Part shown: positions 1 through 15,829 of the stretch, one piece after another | How the letters are laid out: each line of letters starts with the position of its first letter | Numbering within the stretch: the first letter of the stretch is position 1 | Source of the DNA: the human T2T-CHM13v2.0 reference genome, Homo sapiens | Length of the DNA stretch: 64,000 bases | NCBI RefSeq assembly: GCF_009914755.1 | Contig: NC_060939.1 | Direction: 5' to 3' (one strand) | Translations under genes and position numbers: made by a program | Notes under the pieces: model-generated | The model's database searches: none | Told to the model about the DNA's origin: nothing | The model's input: only the letters and a program-made list of their open reading frames with translations

Positions 1-821
1 ATACACATACATATGCACCTATGTTTATATACGTATATGTATACACATACATATGCACCTATGTTTATATACGTATATGTATACACATACATATGCACCT
101 GTTTATATACGTATATGTATACACATATGCACCTGTTTATATACGTATATGTATACACATACATATGCACCTATGTTTATATACGTATATGTATACACAT
201 ACATATGTACCTGTTTACGTATATGTATACACATACATATGTACCTATGTTTATATATGTATATGTATACACATGTGTATATATTTATACACACATGTTT
301 GTATATTTATACACATGTATAGATTTACACACACATATGTATGTATATATTTATACATATGTGTATATACATATGTATGTATATACACACATATGTATAT
401 ATACATATGTGTATGTACGTATATACACATATGTATATATTTATATACATATATGTACATATATTTACATACATATGTGTAGATATTTACATACATATAT
501 ATATATTTACATACATATGTATATGTATTTATATACATGTGTGTATATATTTATATATACACATATATGTATATGTATTTATATACATATATGTATATAT
601 ACATACATGTATGTATTTATATATGTATACGTATATGTATATATTTATATACATACATGTATATATTTATATATGTATACATATGTGTATATATACGTAT
701 ATGTACATATACGTATATAGACATATACATATGTACATGTATATATACATATACATATACATATACATATGTATATGTAAATGTGTATATACATATGTAT
801 GTGTATACATATATAAATATA

Positions 822-854
<33 letters not shown>

Positions 855-860
855 CTATAT
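1..860. repeat. AT-rich minisatellite (~40-bp unit atacacatacatatgcacctatgtttatatacgtatatgt) decaying into (TA/CA/TG)n microsatellite
   Basis: Unit repeats at 1, 41, 81 and onward with internal deletions to ~270, then degenerate tatata/catata sequence. Truncated by the window start. Confidence 0.95.
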
Positions 861-1339
861 AGACAAAAGAGTACCTTTGAAGGCTTTGGAAGGTGAAACC
901 TAGTCAATGGCTTCATTGGAGCACATACCTACATTTCTGATTGCTCCCCCCCCAGCCAAAAATATTGATTAGCTATGATTTCACGTTTAAACAGGGCAAT
1001 AGAGAAAATGGAAATGTTTTCTAGTTTCAAAAAACTTGTCTCCCTGGAGTGTCAAGCTTCATCTTCATGAAAAGATTATTAGTGGTAACCTCTTCGGAGC
1101 AGAGAGGATTTTAAAGGCAGATGAGGTCTGTGTAGGCTGAGAGTGGGGAGGAAAAATGTGACTTGAGTCTGGAAGAATGGGAGGGACTGGCAAAGGCTTG
1201 GGGAGAGGTCGTCACTTTTATCTCTGTTCCTCTCACATTGTGTAGCCTCTTGGAACTTTGCTGAAGGACCCTTTGCAATGCTACACATATTAGGAATGGA
1301 CACTGAAACCGTCACCTACAGGAAATGAGGTGTCAGAGA

Positions 1340-1560
1340 CTGAAGGACAGGTGGCTTAAAGGTCAAGTATTTGGAGCTGAGCCAATGGTCCTGAATCTCA
1401 GCTCTACTATGTAGTAATTGTGTGTCACTGGGAAAGTTACTTAAGCTTTCTGTGCCTCAGTTTATTCGTCAGTGAATGAGTCGTCTAATAGTACCTACCT
1501 TATAGAGTTATGAGGATTATAGGATAGTATTTCTAAAGTGCTTAGTACCTGATACCTGAA
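1340..1560 (+). mobile_element. MIR SINE (others at ~9440-9660, 25370-25540, 51540-51940, 61490-61620, 63260-63460)
   Basis: tgaatctcagctctact...gggaaagttacttaagctttctgtgcctcagttt core. Confidence 0.75.
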
Positions 1561-4500
1561 GCACCATAGCCTCCCCTTAAGGAGTAGCTGCAGTGGCTGA
1601 TGCTCTTGTTGTTTGGAAATATTGATGGTGGAGAGACTCATTTAACTTTAATGCCATATAATGTGTCATGTTTACCTCCCTTAATAGAACCTAATAATTG
1701 CTTCATATTTAAAAACTCATTTGCAGTATTTTAGCTCAGTGGGAAGATTGATTTGGATGTTTTTAATCATTCTAAGCCTTTGTTCTAGCCGAGGCTCTAT
1801 GAAATGGGTTGCAAAATCCACAGACTGAGAAATGATAGAAAACTAGGGAAAGTTCATTTGGGAATTATCAATTTAAGCTGTCACATGATAATGTCCACTT
1901 CATTGCGCTGACACTGGCATTGATGGAATCCAAGTGGTGGAGAAAAATCGATTTAACCTTTTTAAAAGATGATGGTTTTAATATTGATAAGTGTTCTTTA
2001 CCTTTTCATTTGAGAGATGCTACTGTAATGGAATGCCTTATAAATACTAATGAGTGCTGACTGCCATCTTTGATAGTAACTCCTTTGAGTATTTTAAGAC
2101 AAACTCCCATGATCTGGGCAAATGTCATGTTAATGCATCCCAGACAGGTTGAGAAATATATTCATTAAATCATGCTTCACATGAGTGTAGGAAGAGTTTA
2201 TTAATTTATATTTAAAAACCTTTGTAGATTCACAGGCCAAAAAAGGGCTTAGGAGGTGTGTGCGTGTGTGTGCGCGTGAGTGCATGTGATTCCTTTTAAT
2301 TCATCTGTGGCAGCTTTTTCTCCTTTGATTGAGACATTTGGATCAGTTCAGAGGGCATTGGATGCACATCAGTCAGCTCCTCATGAGTGCTTCCTGGGTG
2401 CCTCACCTGCTGCCCTTTCTTAGTCCCCAACATGCTGGGGAATTCCAGCTGTCTCCAGGATCCTCAGGATTGTAAAGGATTTCTGCCTATTAAGATCCAA
2501 ATGTTAATGGAAAGAGGGGACAGAGAGCTGGGCTTTAGGATCCATGCCAGTTCTAGGATCCTTCAATTCTTGGTTGATAGTGTCTGAGATCACTTATGTG
2601 GGCCTTACTCTGTTGTGGAGTTCAGGGGCTTCATTGTCAACCTGTTGATGGTGATTTTGTAGAGATGTTAAGAGGAGTGGGTCATTTCATTACGAAATGA
2701 TTGGGAAAAACCAGATGGGATGTCCAAGCAGATAAAACGGGCGCATCCTCACTATAGTTTACTCCCTGACCTTCAATCAGTAAGACTGATGATCATTACT
2801 AATTTAATACCTCTGTAAAAAGCTGCCCTGTACCTTATCATAGAGCAATAAATATGTATTACACAACATGTTTTTCCAAAAAGCTTAACAGTTATGAAGC
2901 TCTTTAGGTTGATGAACTCCACTAGTCTCTAGGCAGGCTTGGATTTCTAGTAAATATTCAGTCATGATGTTAATAAAACGAATCCTCTTCTGAATTCATT
3001 CATTTGTTTGTTCCATCAAAACTTATCTGTAATGTGCCAGGTATTGATGTGGACTGGGAAAATCCAGTCTCTTCCCCTCAGGGCACTTACAGTATTGCAG
3101 GGTGGTATTGAGGAGTAGATTAGGAGATTAAGTAAATAAACTAACAAGATAATGTTGGATCCTTAGGGCCATCAAGAATGTGAGGTGTGATGAGATTATG
3201 ACATGGAGGTACTGCTTCACACTAGAAGGTCAGGATTAGAGTTAGGCTTGGGGTAGAACTTGTTAAGGAGGTGATTCCTGATGTGGGACCTGAAAGAGCC
3301 AGGTTTTTGATCTGTGCAAAGGTCACATTATGTAACTAATAACAGCCTTGAATAAGGAAACAAAATCCCTACACTTGCACCCCAAGTGTTTGATGCACCC
3401 ATTTTCTCCTTATGTGAGGTTTCTAGTGTTATACTTCACACAGGCATTACCCTTCCACCAAGTAGAACTGAACCATCTCGAAATAATGGGCCTCTTCCAG
3501 GCAAGGACGTGACTGTGGCTCAGTAGATCCTACCTTTCTTCACACAAACCAAGTTGGCTGAACTTTGCTCCCAATGAGAGCTCCTTCTGTGTTTACTTTC
3601 CAATTACATTGGCCAGTCAGGTAAGCCTAGAGCTTTGGCCAGGCTTGCTTTAACTTTCCTTTGACGCTTAAAATATGTTCTTTCGCTTGTTGCTTTTAGC
3701 TCTCTGTAAATGCCACACTGTCCTGTCATTCTCAGGCTGTCAAGATTCTGCCCGCTTGTGTCAAGATACTTATTGGAAATTAGAGCTTCCTCTACTTTAA
3801 GTCTGAATCTTTTCAACACTGGATTTTTATATGATTTACGAAATTTGAATTGTTTGGTGAACAATGAGCCAAAACAGACAGTGAGGCTTTGCAAAGGTGC
3901 AAGTGTCTTAATCAAGAACCCTTCCTGCTCAGTCCGTGGAAACTTACCCAGTGGTGTAAACCCTGCCACGGTGGCTTACACAGGTTCTCTGTGCTTTTTG
4001 TTGATTAACTCAATATGGAACAGTATGCTTTGGGTCCTGAGAGTCAGAAGGAATGGTAATACAGAATTATACCTTTATAGAAAAGCAGAAATTTACTAAA
4101 TTAAATGTTAAACTCGAGCTTAAATGCTATTGAAGCGCTTGTGTTGTGCAGATAGATGCCTGTACTGATTGTTCTCTCTCTGGAGCTTCTGTTCTGTGCA
4201 GAGATGACAAACATGATAATATTTTATTGCACATAAGTAGGAGTTAAGAATCTGGGATAGATATCTGTCTTGATTTTCCGTAATATGCCTGTACCATGTG
4301 AAGTGGTTTCATTTATTTTACATAGCCCTGTGTTATTTAGAATATTCTAAAACTATATGTGGACTTTCCTGTATTGGCTGTTGAATAAGAACTAATTAGC
4401 TGTGCCATATCTGGAGTTAGCATGGCCTCTTGAATTGTCTTAAAGAAAGTTGTAGGATATTTCTGGTCCTTCTATAGGATCTATGGTTCTGATATTTGTG

Positions 4501-4574
4501 CTGAGATGGAGATGGTAATACCAGCCTAGAGCCATTGCTCCCCTTTCCAAAGCCCAAGGCAGATGTTCAAGTGA

Positions 4575-4948
<374 letters not shown>

Positions 4949-6466
4949 TGATCTGAGCTGGTCACCAGAAACCTAGTTGTCATCCAAGACTGTTTTTGAT
5001 TAAACTTTTTCTTTCTGTTGTCTGAAAGCACACATACAAAATGTCACTGCAAACATTACTTTTATTTTTACATTCGCTTATTACAAAACATTATGTCAAT
5101 AGTAAAAGAAAAAAAAAGCACATATTATCTGCCTTTGGAAAAAATCAGCCATCAGTGATTTTTTCATTTTTTTTTTCCCCAACTTAAGCCATACTTGTAC
5201 ATCACTTCACAGAGCCATAAACATAGTTTTGGTAGAATTTTGTAGTTTGTGTTTTTCACTTAAAATTATACCATAAATTATTTTCCAGGTGACTACATAG
5301 CATTGGAGAATTCGTTTTTAATGGCTGCATTAGTGAAAATGAGTGGCTCGTATTTCTGTTCCTGGTGTATGTGTGTATCTAAAAATATATCACTTAATAT
5401 GCATTCTGTGCTACATTTCCTAGGCTTGTAGAACATTTATAGTTTGTAGTAACTCAGTTGTCACCTTGTGCAAACTGTGCAAGAGATTCTATCCTTCACT
5501 TGTGCTGATGGAGTAATTTAAAATTTCATGTCGTGAGCACGTATTGAGGATTACTATAGAAGCCTATGAACACTGGATTTTTGTATGGATTTTCTCTAAT
5601 ATACTCTAAATCTAAAAACACATTAAGGCAAAGCACCTGGCTCCTCAAAGAGCTAACACCATGAAATTACCTAGAAAACAAAATTTAGCCAAATGAATTT
5701 ATACCTTACTACAGGGACTGAGAGTTATCTATTTTTTTCTATTAGCTGAACAGCAGTCTTTATCTCTGTTATATGAAATGACATGAGCTGTGCAAGGTGA
5801 AGTCACTCAGAGAACAATCATAACATTAAGAGAAATGTGGCCTGAAAGAATACATTTTGATTTTTATGCTACTTATAGAGTTCAGTGTGATGGAGCTAGG
5901 AAAATTGACAGCAGAGCCCAACAATTTTAGTACAGAATTTATCTGCTCTGGGAAAAAGCTGTCTTCATTGTGTTATGAAATGTGAATTGGTGTTGGGTAT
6001 TTATAGAGTGAGAGGCAGCAGAAAATGTCCTCATAGTCAAGTTTAAGAAAATGTCTTATCTAAATGAGAAGCAATACATTGATATCTATACTGACATAAG
6101 TAGCATGACTATGGAAGATGATTAGATAAGAGTGGCCCTTGGTTGACTTCATGACTTCTGTTTGATTGGCAGTGTATAAAATGTAGTAATTTCACATAAA
6201 CATTTGGGCTGAGAGCATCTCTTGAAAGATCTGAGTGTGAGGCGAGTCAGGCTGCATTCCTGCAGAGCTGCCGTAGCCACAGTGAGGACAGGACCCATGG
6301 TCACCTGGGATTTTGACCCTGACAAATAAATATATCTTTTTACTTTACCGAATTCATCTCCTTAAAATGTGTCAGTTTCTAGACCTGTACATTCATTCCA
6401 ACTTGGCTTAAAATTAATAAATTTTGTCATTTTTATGTTTTCTTAATCATCCTAAAATACACATAA

Positions 6467-7500
<1,034 letters not shown>

Positions 7501-10500
7501 ACGTTTTTACAGAGCTTACTACAGTTGTAAGACATGACCTTTTGAACTGTCATTGTAAGAAAATTACCTGGCAGATCAAAAGATCTGGATTCTAGTAATG
7601 TCTCCATCTTTAATTAGCCATTTGACCTTCAATTCTGTTTGACAACAGTTAATTAGGCTGTGCTGTGGTAAGTGCTGATCCCCTCATGAGGTGACACAGA
7701 GTGGAGAAAAATAAACCACAAATTTTTTATTCATGCCTCTGGTTTACAGATTTTTTTTTTTTTGGTCTCAAAGTAAAAACAAGGTATCACAGCTTAAACT
7801 TTTCTAATTCTAAAGTTTGTAATCTGTCACCTAAACTTATAAGTGTAACTTAGATTCTCTTCAGACCTAGGTAGGGTTACCAGCCATCAAAATAAGACAT
7901 GAAAAGTATGATATAAGGGAAACAGGTAATTTTGAAATTTTTGGAGGATCTGTGGTTAATATCTGAACCTTATTTACAATTTCTACTTATTTATAAATTT
8001 GATTAAAAATTAGCATATCTTAATTAAATGTTGTTTATTTTATCTTATCTCTTGTCATACCTTGCTTTTCTGGCTTCCCAGCTCATTACAGCCTGGCTTC
8101 TGTGTCCCCGAGGTGTCTGCTGCCCTCCCAGTAACCAAACAAGTTGGGGGCACCTCTGCTTCCCTCAGCTGACTTTTCTGCAACATTTGCAATTGTTGCT
8201 TACTCCTTGAAACTTCCTCTCTCTTTCCTCTGTGCTGCCACTAAAAGTTAATTATTCCTGTGGTTCAGCACCCAGCCTTGTTTGCTTTTCACTTTACACA
8301 CTTGTTTGAGGAGAGACGGTTCCTGTCTTCCACATTTCCATCTCAGATTTTGCTCTGAACTCCCACCTTGAATATCCAGTTGGACTATATAGTGTGTCTC
8401 AACTTTGATAACTTATCAGTCTTCCACCTTACCTTCTGTAAATGGCTCTTGCTCCTCTTTCCCTGTGTTAATTGGTGGTTCCACCATATTACCTCTGGCC
8501 TATCTAGGCAACTTAAACACCTGCTGCTGCCTGCTCCCTATTCCTCTCCAACACATATAATCAGCAAATTACAAAATTCAGCTTCTCAGTCCCTTCATTG
8601 TCATTCTAGTTACATTTTTTTGTGGTCTAGCCTTTATCACACTGGATTAATGCATCAACTAGGTACTGCATTAGCATCTCATTCTTAACACCTCCTAGAT
8701 CACACAACACTGTTGGAATTGCTTTGCTATCTGCTTCTCCTACTGTACTCTGAGTGCCTCAGGAGAATAAATGGGGTGTGTATTTTATTCCTTGAGCTAA
8801 TGCCTAGGGGAACTAAAGGATACTGTAATAGTCTCTCTCTTAAAGTCTCTCTTTTTTTTTTAATGCACAAAATGTAAGTTTCACATCGTTGCATGTGACA
8901 GACCTAATTCTACTGCAGTATCACACAAGTGTAACCATTAAACTCCAGAGACTGAAACAGTTTTCTCATCAGCTTAAAAAAAAAAATCTGGTGGTAGTAT
9001 AGCTCAATGGTGGGTTGAAACACATCTGCTTTTTACATGATCCTTGATGCTCCAGAGCACACTGTTTACTTTCACTTTCAATGACTCTAATTTCAAATGG
9101 TATAGATCAAGGTTGCACATATGTGTACATAGAGGATGAGACTGTGGTGGGTGACATGTTAGAAAGCTGTGAATACCTCGATATTTGATTGGCAACAGCA
9201 AATGTTTTCGTCATAGCATTGGAATATTCTTGATTGCTTCTGTTTATTATTGCTTCTTATTTCCTAGCATATTTGAATTGCATCACTTTCTGATCAGCCT
9301 TTGTAATTTTCTTTACCATTTCCCATTGTGATGCACTAATAATTATTATACAGTGTCTCTTCAGGTTTTTAAATTCTTATTTTAGAATGATGACTGCTTT
9401 GCCCAGAGTAGAGATTTGGTGATCCCAGTGAGGTAGGGATGGCAATCTAGCCTAAGGTATAAGCACAGATGTTGTGATCAGAGAGAACCTGGTTCGAATC
9501 CTGGCACTAATACTTACTGGCTGACAAGTTGCTTCATGTTTATAACCCTTGATTTCTTCTTACATAGGATTGGTATTTTTACTCAGCTCTGTTAACATTT
9601 GTGAGGAATTAGAAAACTCATGGACAAGAAGACAGTGCCTGCACTTAGTCACTGCCAAACAAAGGGCCACTATTTATATCCCTAAATTATCCGCTTCATT
9701 TGGAAATATCACAAATGTGGCCACTGGTTTGATTTTTTTGCAGCAATTCATATGTGGATGAAATTGAGCTCAGTGCAACTCAGCTATCTAACGCTTAAGA
9801 AGACACACATTTTATATTCTGATAAATACTGAGTTGGAGACATACTTGCTGTGAATGAATGAATAAATGAATTTAAAGTTTATACTTGTCCTTATGAGAG
9901 TAAGCATTAATTTGTCATTGATTACAACCTTAAATGATTGATGAGTACTTAGAAACTAATGACTTCGCAAAAGAGAATTTCCAAACTGTCAATTTGCTTA
10001 GAATTTAAACAATGTCATTGTATTATTCCTCTAAAGCTTGAAGTTTTCCGATGTGTTTCTTTTTATCTGGCATTTTATTAAAAGATGTGTTACGCATGGG
10101 AAAGGTCAATGAATGTGACACAGGGCTTGGCAAAGCTGGGATTTATGGAGACACAATTTTTTAGAAGTTTTCTATTGGAAGATCAGACCTGTTCTTCTTC
10201 CTTTTCCTAAAGACAAAATTTAGGAGATAACATCAATTAATAATTTTGAGAAATAGTCCTTAACACTTTGATCATATAACTATACCCCAATTATTTTATG
10301 AGATGACCCATCTAATTGGGGCATAAATGATTTCAAATACATCTTTAGGGAAGATGGCTAAGTTTCCAACTTGATCTAACAGGTGCTTTAGAGACCTAAT
10401 ACAGAAAGAGTTTAGATTGATTATAGAAGGAATATAATGTAGATTGGAAGATCTCTTTAGTTTTCGTAGTGTTTCTAGTATCAAATCTAGAGAGACGGTT

Positions 10501-11160
10501 TTATTCTGTGTAAATGAGATCTATGATATTAGCAACCATTTAGATATAGATGGCTAGATTATTAACTTTTTAGCAGTTTGACTTTCGTCATAGCACTTAT
10601 GACTATCTGACATAAGTATTTTAATAATTAATTTTATGCATACTTGCCTTTCTTGAGTAGTGATAAATCCTATTTACATAAAGACCTCTAAAAACATGCC
10701 TGTAGGCCAAGGAAGGGACGTTGCATCTCGTGAAGAATCCTGGAATATTTGGTAGGAGAGAGTGGAGGAGGGCTTTGGGCTTATGCTGAGTGGCATTAAG
10801 GGTGGACCAGCAGAAGCCGTGGTCAACTCTGTACTGAGTGCTATTCTGAAGCCGAGGCAGTTTCACAATTGAGTATCCTAGTGATCTTTGCTCAGGAAGC
10901 AGGGGAAATGAAGTAGAGCTAGGAAAGTTGGTAGGAATGAAAGAAATCATTCAACAGTAGGGAGTTATTACATTGTTTAGCAACTATGGAATGCTCTTAG
11001 GAAAATTTTTTTTGTTGACTTTACAGTTGTACTTACTTCTGTTAATGAAGCACAATCTGATTTTTAGCAGGGATGACTTTTATTTACTCAGATGTCACAT
11101 AAAAACTTTTGTCTTTTCCTCACAGCTCCATTTTGGTGCTCAGAATTTTCTTGACATCTG

Positions 11161-11517
11161 TAGGCTGAAAATCCCAAATGCAAAAATCTGAACTACAAAA
11201 TGTTGCAAAATCCAAAAGCTTTTGAGTGCAGACATAATGACACAGGTGGAAAATTCCACACCTGACCCTGTGTGATGGGTCACAGTCAAAATGCAGCCGA
11301 AACTTTGTTTCATGTGCAAAATTATTGAAATATTGTATAAAATTACCTTTAGGCTATGTATATAAGGTGTGTATGAAACATTAATTTAGTGTTTAGACTT
11401 GGGTCCTGTCCCCAAGACATCTCATTATGTATATGCAAATGTTCCAAAATCTACAAAAATCTGAAATCAGAAATACTCTGGTCCCAAGCATTTTGAATAA
11501 GGGATACTCAACCTGTA
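11161..11517. mobile_element. Tigger4b (Zombi)-like TcMar DNA transposon relic
   Basis: ggaaaattccacacctgacc core; terminus ggtcccaagcattttgaataagggatactcaacctgta; ~360 bp. Confidence 0.75.
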
Positions 11518-12686
11518 GTAGGAATAAAATATACCACCCTCCTCCCCATGTCTGTTGGATGAATAACAACTTTTATTGATGATATACTAAACTTTGTCCT
11601 TAAGCTGTTCTCCTACAAAATATGGGACTCCTTTCAGATAGCAAGTCTCAGTACATAGCTGCAAAACTTTGCATGATGTTGTTTAAATTGAGAGGCTATT
11701 TTGATGTCATGAGTGAGTATCAGGAAGGCAGACCATCACAAGAATTGGGTCTTTTCTGTGAGCAAGAGACTTAGAGAAGTAAGGGACCTTTCTGAAAAGA
11801 AGCACAACTTGCCCATGTTCCTCTTTCCTGAGTGGACCCAACAGGCAGTGGTTAATGTGAGATACGGTGTATAGTTTTGTATTTCCAGCAATGCTGAAAT
11901 CTGAATAACCAGGAAGCTAAAAATGAAGAAACAAATCATAAATCAAAGAACCTTTGATACTTCTCCTTCCTTCCACTGGTCTTCTTCCTTGGACTCGTCC
12001 TGCGTGGAACATATTCCACACAGCAGACACTATGATCCTTTGAAAATCCATGACAAATCAAATCAATCAATCCTCTGACCAACCTTCACCTCCTCTCCTC
12101 CCTGACTTCCCAATTCACTTAAAATAAAACCTCAAGTCTTTGCTGGCCCTCATCCCTTCTCTGACATCATCTTATTCTGTCACTGATAGATCAGGCAGAT
12201 CTGGCTCTGTTGACCTCTTTGCTGTTAGAAGCAAGGAACATGTTCTGGCTTTGGGGCTTTGCATGGATCCATTCCTATTTTTGGAATCCTCTTTCTCAAA
12301 TAGTGTTTCTCATTCTTGTCACTTAAGTCTCTGCTCACATGCTCCCTCATCCTCTGTGGGATGGCTTCATCCCTCTTCAAACATATATATCCTCATGGGA
12401 ACACTAGCTTCCCAAAGGCAGGACCCTTGTCTGATTTGACCACTGAGTTGATGAATTTGTAAGAAGCCAAGTCAGGCTTTGAAAGCAGATTCCTAGCATC
12501 CATTGAAAGGAGGAATTTTGAGGGTAGATGCTAGATTAGACAAAATTCAACCTTATCTCCCATATATTTTGCGTGTGGTAACAGTGGTGTATGTTCCCTA
12601 CAATGCCCTGGTAGCATTACAAAGAAAAATTGTTTGGGCTTTTTCAGAACTATCACATTTTAAAAATATTTGTTGTCATTTTCTTT

Positions 12687-12990
12687 GTTTTTTTTTTTTT
12701 TTTTTTTTTTGAGACGGAGTCTTGCTCTGTCACCCAGGCTGGAGTGCAGCGGCATGATCTCGGCCCAATGCAGTCTCTGCCTCCTAGGTTCGAGCGATTC
12801 TCCTGCCTCAGCTTCCTGAGTAGCTGGGATTACAGGTGTGTGCCACCATGCCCAGCTAATTTTTGTATTTTTAGTAGAGACGGGGTTTTACCATGTTGGC
12901 CAGGCTGGTCTTGAACTCTTAACCTTGTGATCCGCCCTCCTCGGCCTCCCAAAGTGTCAGGATTACAGGCGTGAGCCACCGTGCCTGGCT
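12687..12990 (-). mobile_element. AluS SINE inserted in the tail of the adjacent older Alu
   Basis: Full dimer; TSD tcattttcttt at 12676-12686 and 12990-13000. Confidence 0.9.
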
Positions 12991-12992
12991 CA

Positions 12993-13283
12993 TTTTCTTT
13001 TTTAAGATGGAATCATGCTCTGCCGCCCAGGCTGGGGTGCAGTGGTGCGATCTTCTCAGGGCTCACTGCAACCTCCATCTCCTGAGTTCAAGCAATTCTC
13101 TTGTCTCAGCCTCCTGAGTACAGCACCTGCCACCATGTCATTTTTTTTTTTTTTTTTTTTTTTAGTAGAGATGAGGTTTTACCATGTAGGCCAGGCTGGT
13201 CTTGAACCCCTGACCTCAAGTGACCTGCCTGTCTCGTCCTCCCAAAGTGCTGGGATTACAGGTGTGAGCCACTGTGCCTGGCC
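12993..13283 (-). mobile_element. Older, diverged Alu (J/S) with internal deletion
   Basis: Alu arms recognisable; gctgggattaca segment missing near 13120. Confidence 0.85.
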
Positions 13284-14519
13284 ACATATTGAACATTTAT
13301 GTGCTCAAATCCCAGGAGGGTTTCTAATTCCTTGGTTACTTAATAATGTCACAACTAAATGAATGCTTCAGTTATCCAGATTTCTCTAAGCCCAGGTTAT
13401 GGTAAACAGATTTATTTCTATATTGTGAGTTTGAATTTCTTTTCTAATTATGAGTGACTCCTCTCTCAAAGGACATGCAAATCTTTTTATCCTGCCTCTG
13501 CCCCGTCACCTGGGTCCACAAAAAAGCATCTGTGTCTACTTCTGAAAATGCAAATTATTTGAATGTGCCAGAGTAAGTAAAAAGGAAGTGGTGCATGCAT
13601 GGTGTAGTTTGTAAATGTAAGAGTGACTTGAGACAGATGAGATCCTTTATTGAAATTAATAGTTAATGAATTTTCCCAAGAGAAACACCATTTAGTAGAG
13701 GTGACAATGGTAGTTACCGAAAACCCTATTTAAATCACGCTTGCCTTAAAAAACTAAAAACCAAAAAACCAAAAAAATCTTGTCTATTTCATCTTGTCTG
13801 GTTTGCATTATGTTCATTACCTGATTCTTCTTTCTAAAAGGAGAGATACAGTTCTGAAAATAGTTATTGCCTAAAGGGAGAAAACAAATTCTTTTCCTGG
13901 TATTGCAGTTTTGTTATTTGTTTTCCAACAGGTTAAAGGATTTAATTATTCAGATGCTCTAGAAGTGTTCTCTGCATATTCTTTTGATCATACGCCCTAT
14001 CAAGCAGGTACTTTTTGAGCAGACACACCCAATATATAAGTTTACATATTTACTTATAAATTATGTACATGTACTATGGTGCTGATAATATATATACATT
14101 ATTCAGCATACACTAAAATAGAGATTAAAAGAACACATTAAGTCAGTGTGAATGGAAGTTCCAATATTTTCTTCCTACACTCTGTGGCTATGCTGGACTC
14201 TCCCTGGGCCATGCTCACTCAGTTCACTCTGGGGACCCCCTTCACCCCACCCAGCCTAGTCCAGGTCATGGGATTGCAGGACCTGAATAAAAACACACCA
14301 TTAGTACTCATACTCTGCCTAGGGAGGCTAAGGGAAGAAAAGTTTGCTAAAGGTCCTGAATAAAGCTCATCGAACTCCAAATTCTTCACCTTTAAAGAGA
14401 ACATGCTACAGTGCACAGCCTGGAACCTGGGGCAGAGTGGTGATCAGGAAGGGGAAATTGATGTTCTCCTCCTATTTCTGCTGCTGTTCTGTTACTGCAG
14501 CTGTTAACTGCTAGTTCAT

Positions 14520-14795
14520 AAATCTTTTATCTAAAAATTCACAATTCAGAAACTTTTGCAAATGGAAAGGATTTTGTTTGTAAGAATCCTTACCAGAGTT
14601 TGGTAGCAAACTCTGACTTGGACTCTTGTGTAACTATTTCCGTTCTATGTAGTAGTTATATATCCCATTAAGTTTGAATTGTGGTATGTTTGATGATGAA
14701 ATACTGTCTCCAAACCATTTAGGGTATTGTGTAATATATGATACACTCTCTAAATTCTTAAATTTCTGAACTCCAAAAACAAACCTGGCCCAAGG
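14520..14795. mobile_element. MER46C/Tigger-like DNA transposon relic
   Basis: aaatttctgaactccaaaaacaaacctggcccaagg terminus; degenerate. Confidence 0.45.
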
Positions 14796-15829
14796 TTGGT
14801 TTAACCTCTGTGATGATTATTTCTACTTTGAAGCTTGTTGCCCTTTTGTTCAGGTTATTGCTGTATGATCATTTGGTGAAGGATACTGCTTTTTGATGGA
14901 CATGATCGCTTGTAAAGGCTTCCCCAGGTCTCTACTGTAGGGAAGAGTGCGCCTGTCCTGATTCAGTCATTTGTAAACTATTGTTATTGTTTGGACAGGA
15001 ATAGCAGATGGCTTAGTCTCACCCTTGTGCACTGAATGCCCTCCACATCACCATGTAATTGTCCTTTCCAGATCATACATTGGGTAAGGAACCTTCTGAT
15101 CTCTGCCCTGTTCTTAATCTCCTTCAACCACTTTCTCTTCCCCTTTGGCTGTTCACCAGTGAGGTCATTTGCTTTATCTCTGGAATATATGAAAAGGCTC
15201 CACCTGTACCTCTCATGTTGTCTTCTCACTTCTGTTTTCTCTACCCAAGGAACCTTGAGTGCCTTTCCTGGGGATTCTGGCCACGGAAACTTCTCCTGTT
15301 CCTCAGGGGCAATAAGGGTATGCGAAAATTCCTCCCCGACTCAGGATCCAGTGGGCTTGCCATGGTGCATTCAGAGGCTCTGCCATCTCTTTAGCATTCC
15401 TTTCCAGGCTGCAGTCTACCCCCTGAGTCCAGCCCACTCAACTTTCTTGTTCAGCTTTGGCATCATCTCATGATTGGAGGGTGCAGCCCTCATTGATAGG
15501 CTGGCATTCTTTCCAGAGTGACAGTGCCAACTCTCTTCTTCTTTCTGCCCTCTCGTCTTCTCTCATGGGCCACAGAGTGGTTGGGAATACAGGTTGTGGG
15601 CAGATAGTAAATGGGGCTTCCAACACCATATTAAGGACTTTGAACTTGTACAAAGTTTATCTGCAGGAGCCATTAAAGGTGATTCCATCTCTACCTTGAA
15701 AAGACCGTTGCTCTGGTGGTGTAAATGAGAGATTGTAGAGGAGAGAGGTGAGAGAAGGGGAGTAGAGGTTCAGAGTACACTCTCAGATATCCTTTATTTC
15801 ACTTCAGTTTCAAAATGTTAATTTGACTG

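Noticed and set aside
13-916. Multiple long Y/I/H/C/M-rich ORFs on both strands
   Set aside because: Artefacts of the TA/CA repeat, which lacks stop codons
3604-4099. Overlapping antiparallel ORFs of 121 and 129 aa
   Set aside because: No recognisable homology or retrocopy hallmarks (poly(A), TSD); length is within chance expectation
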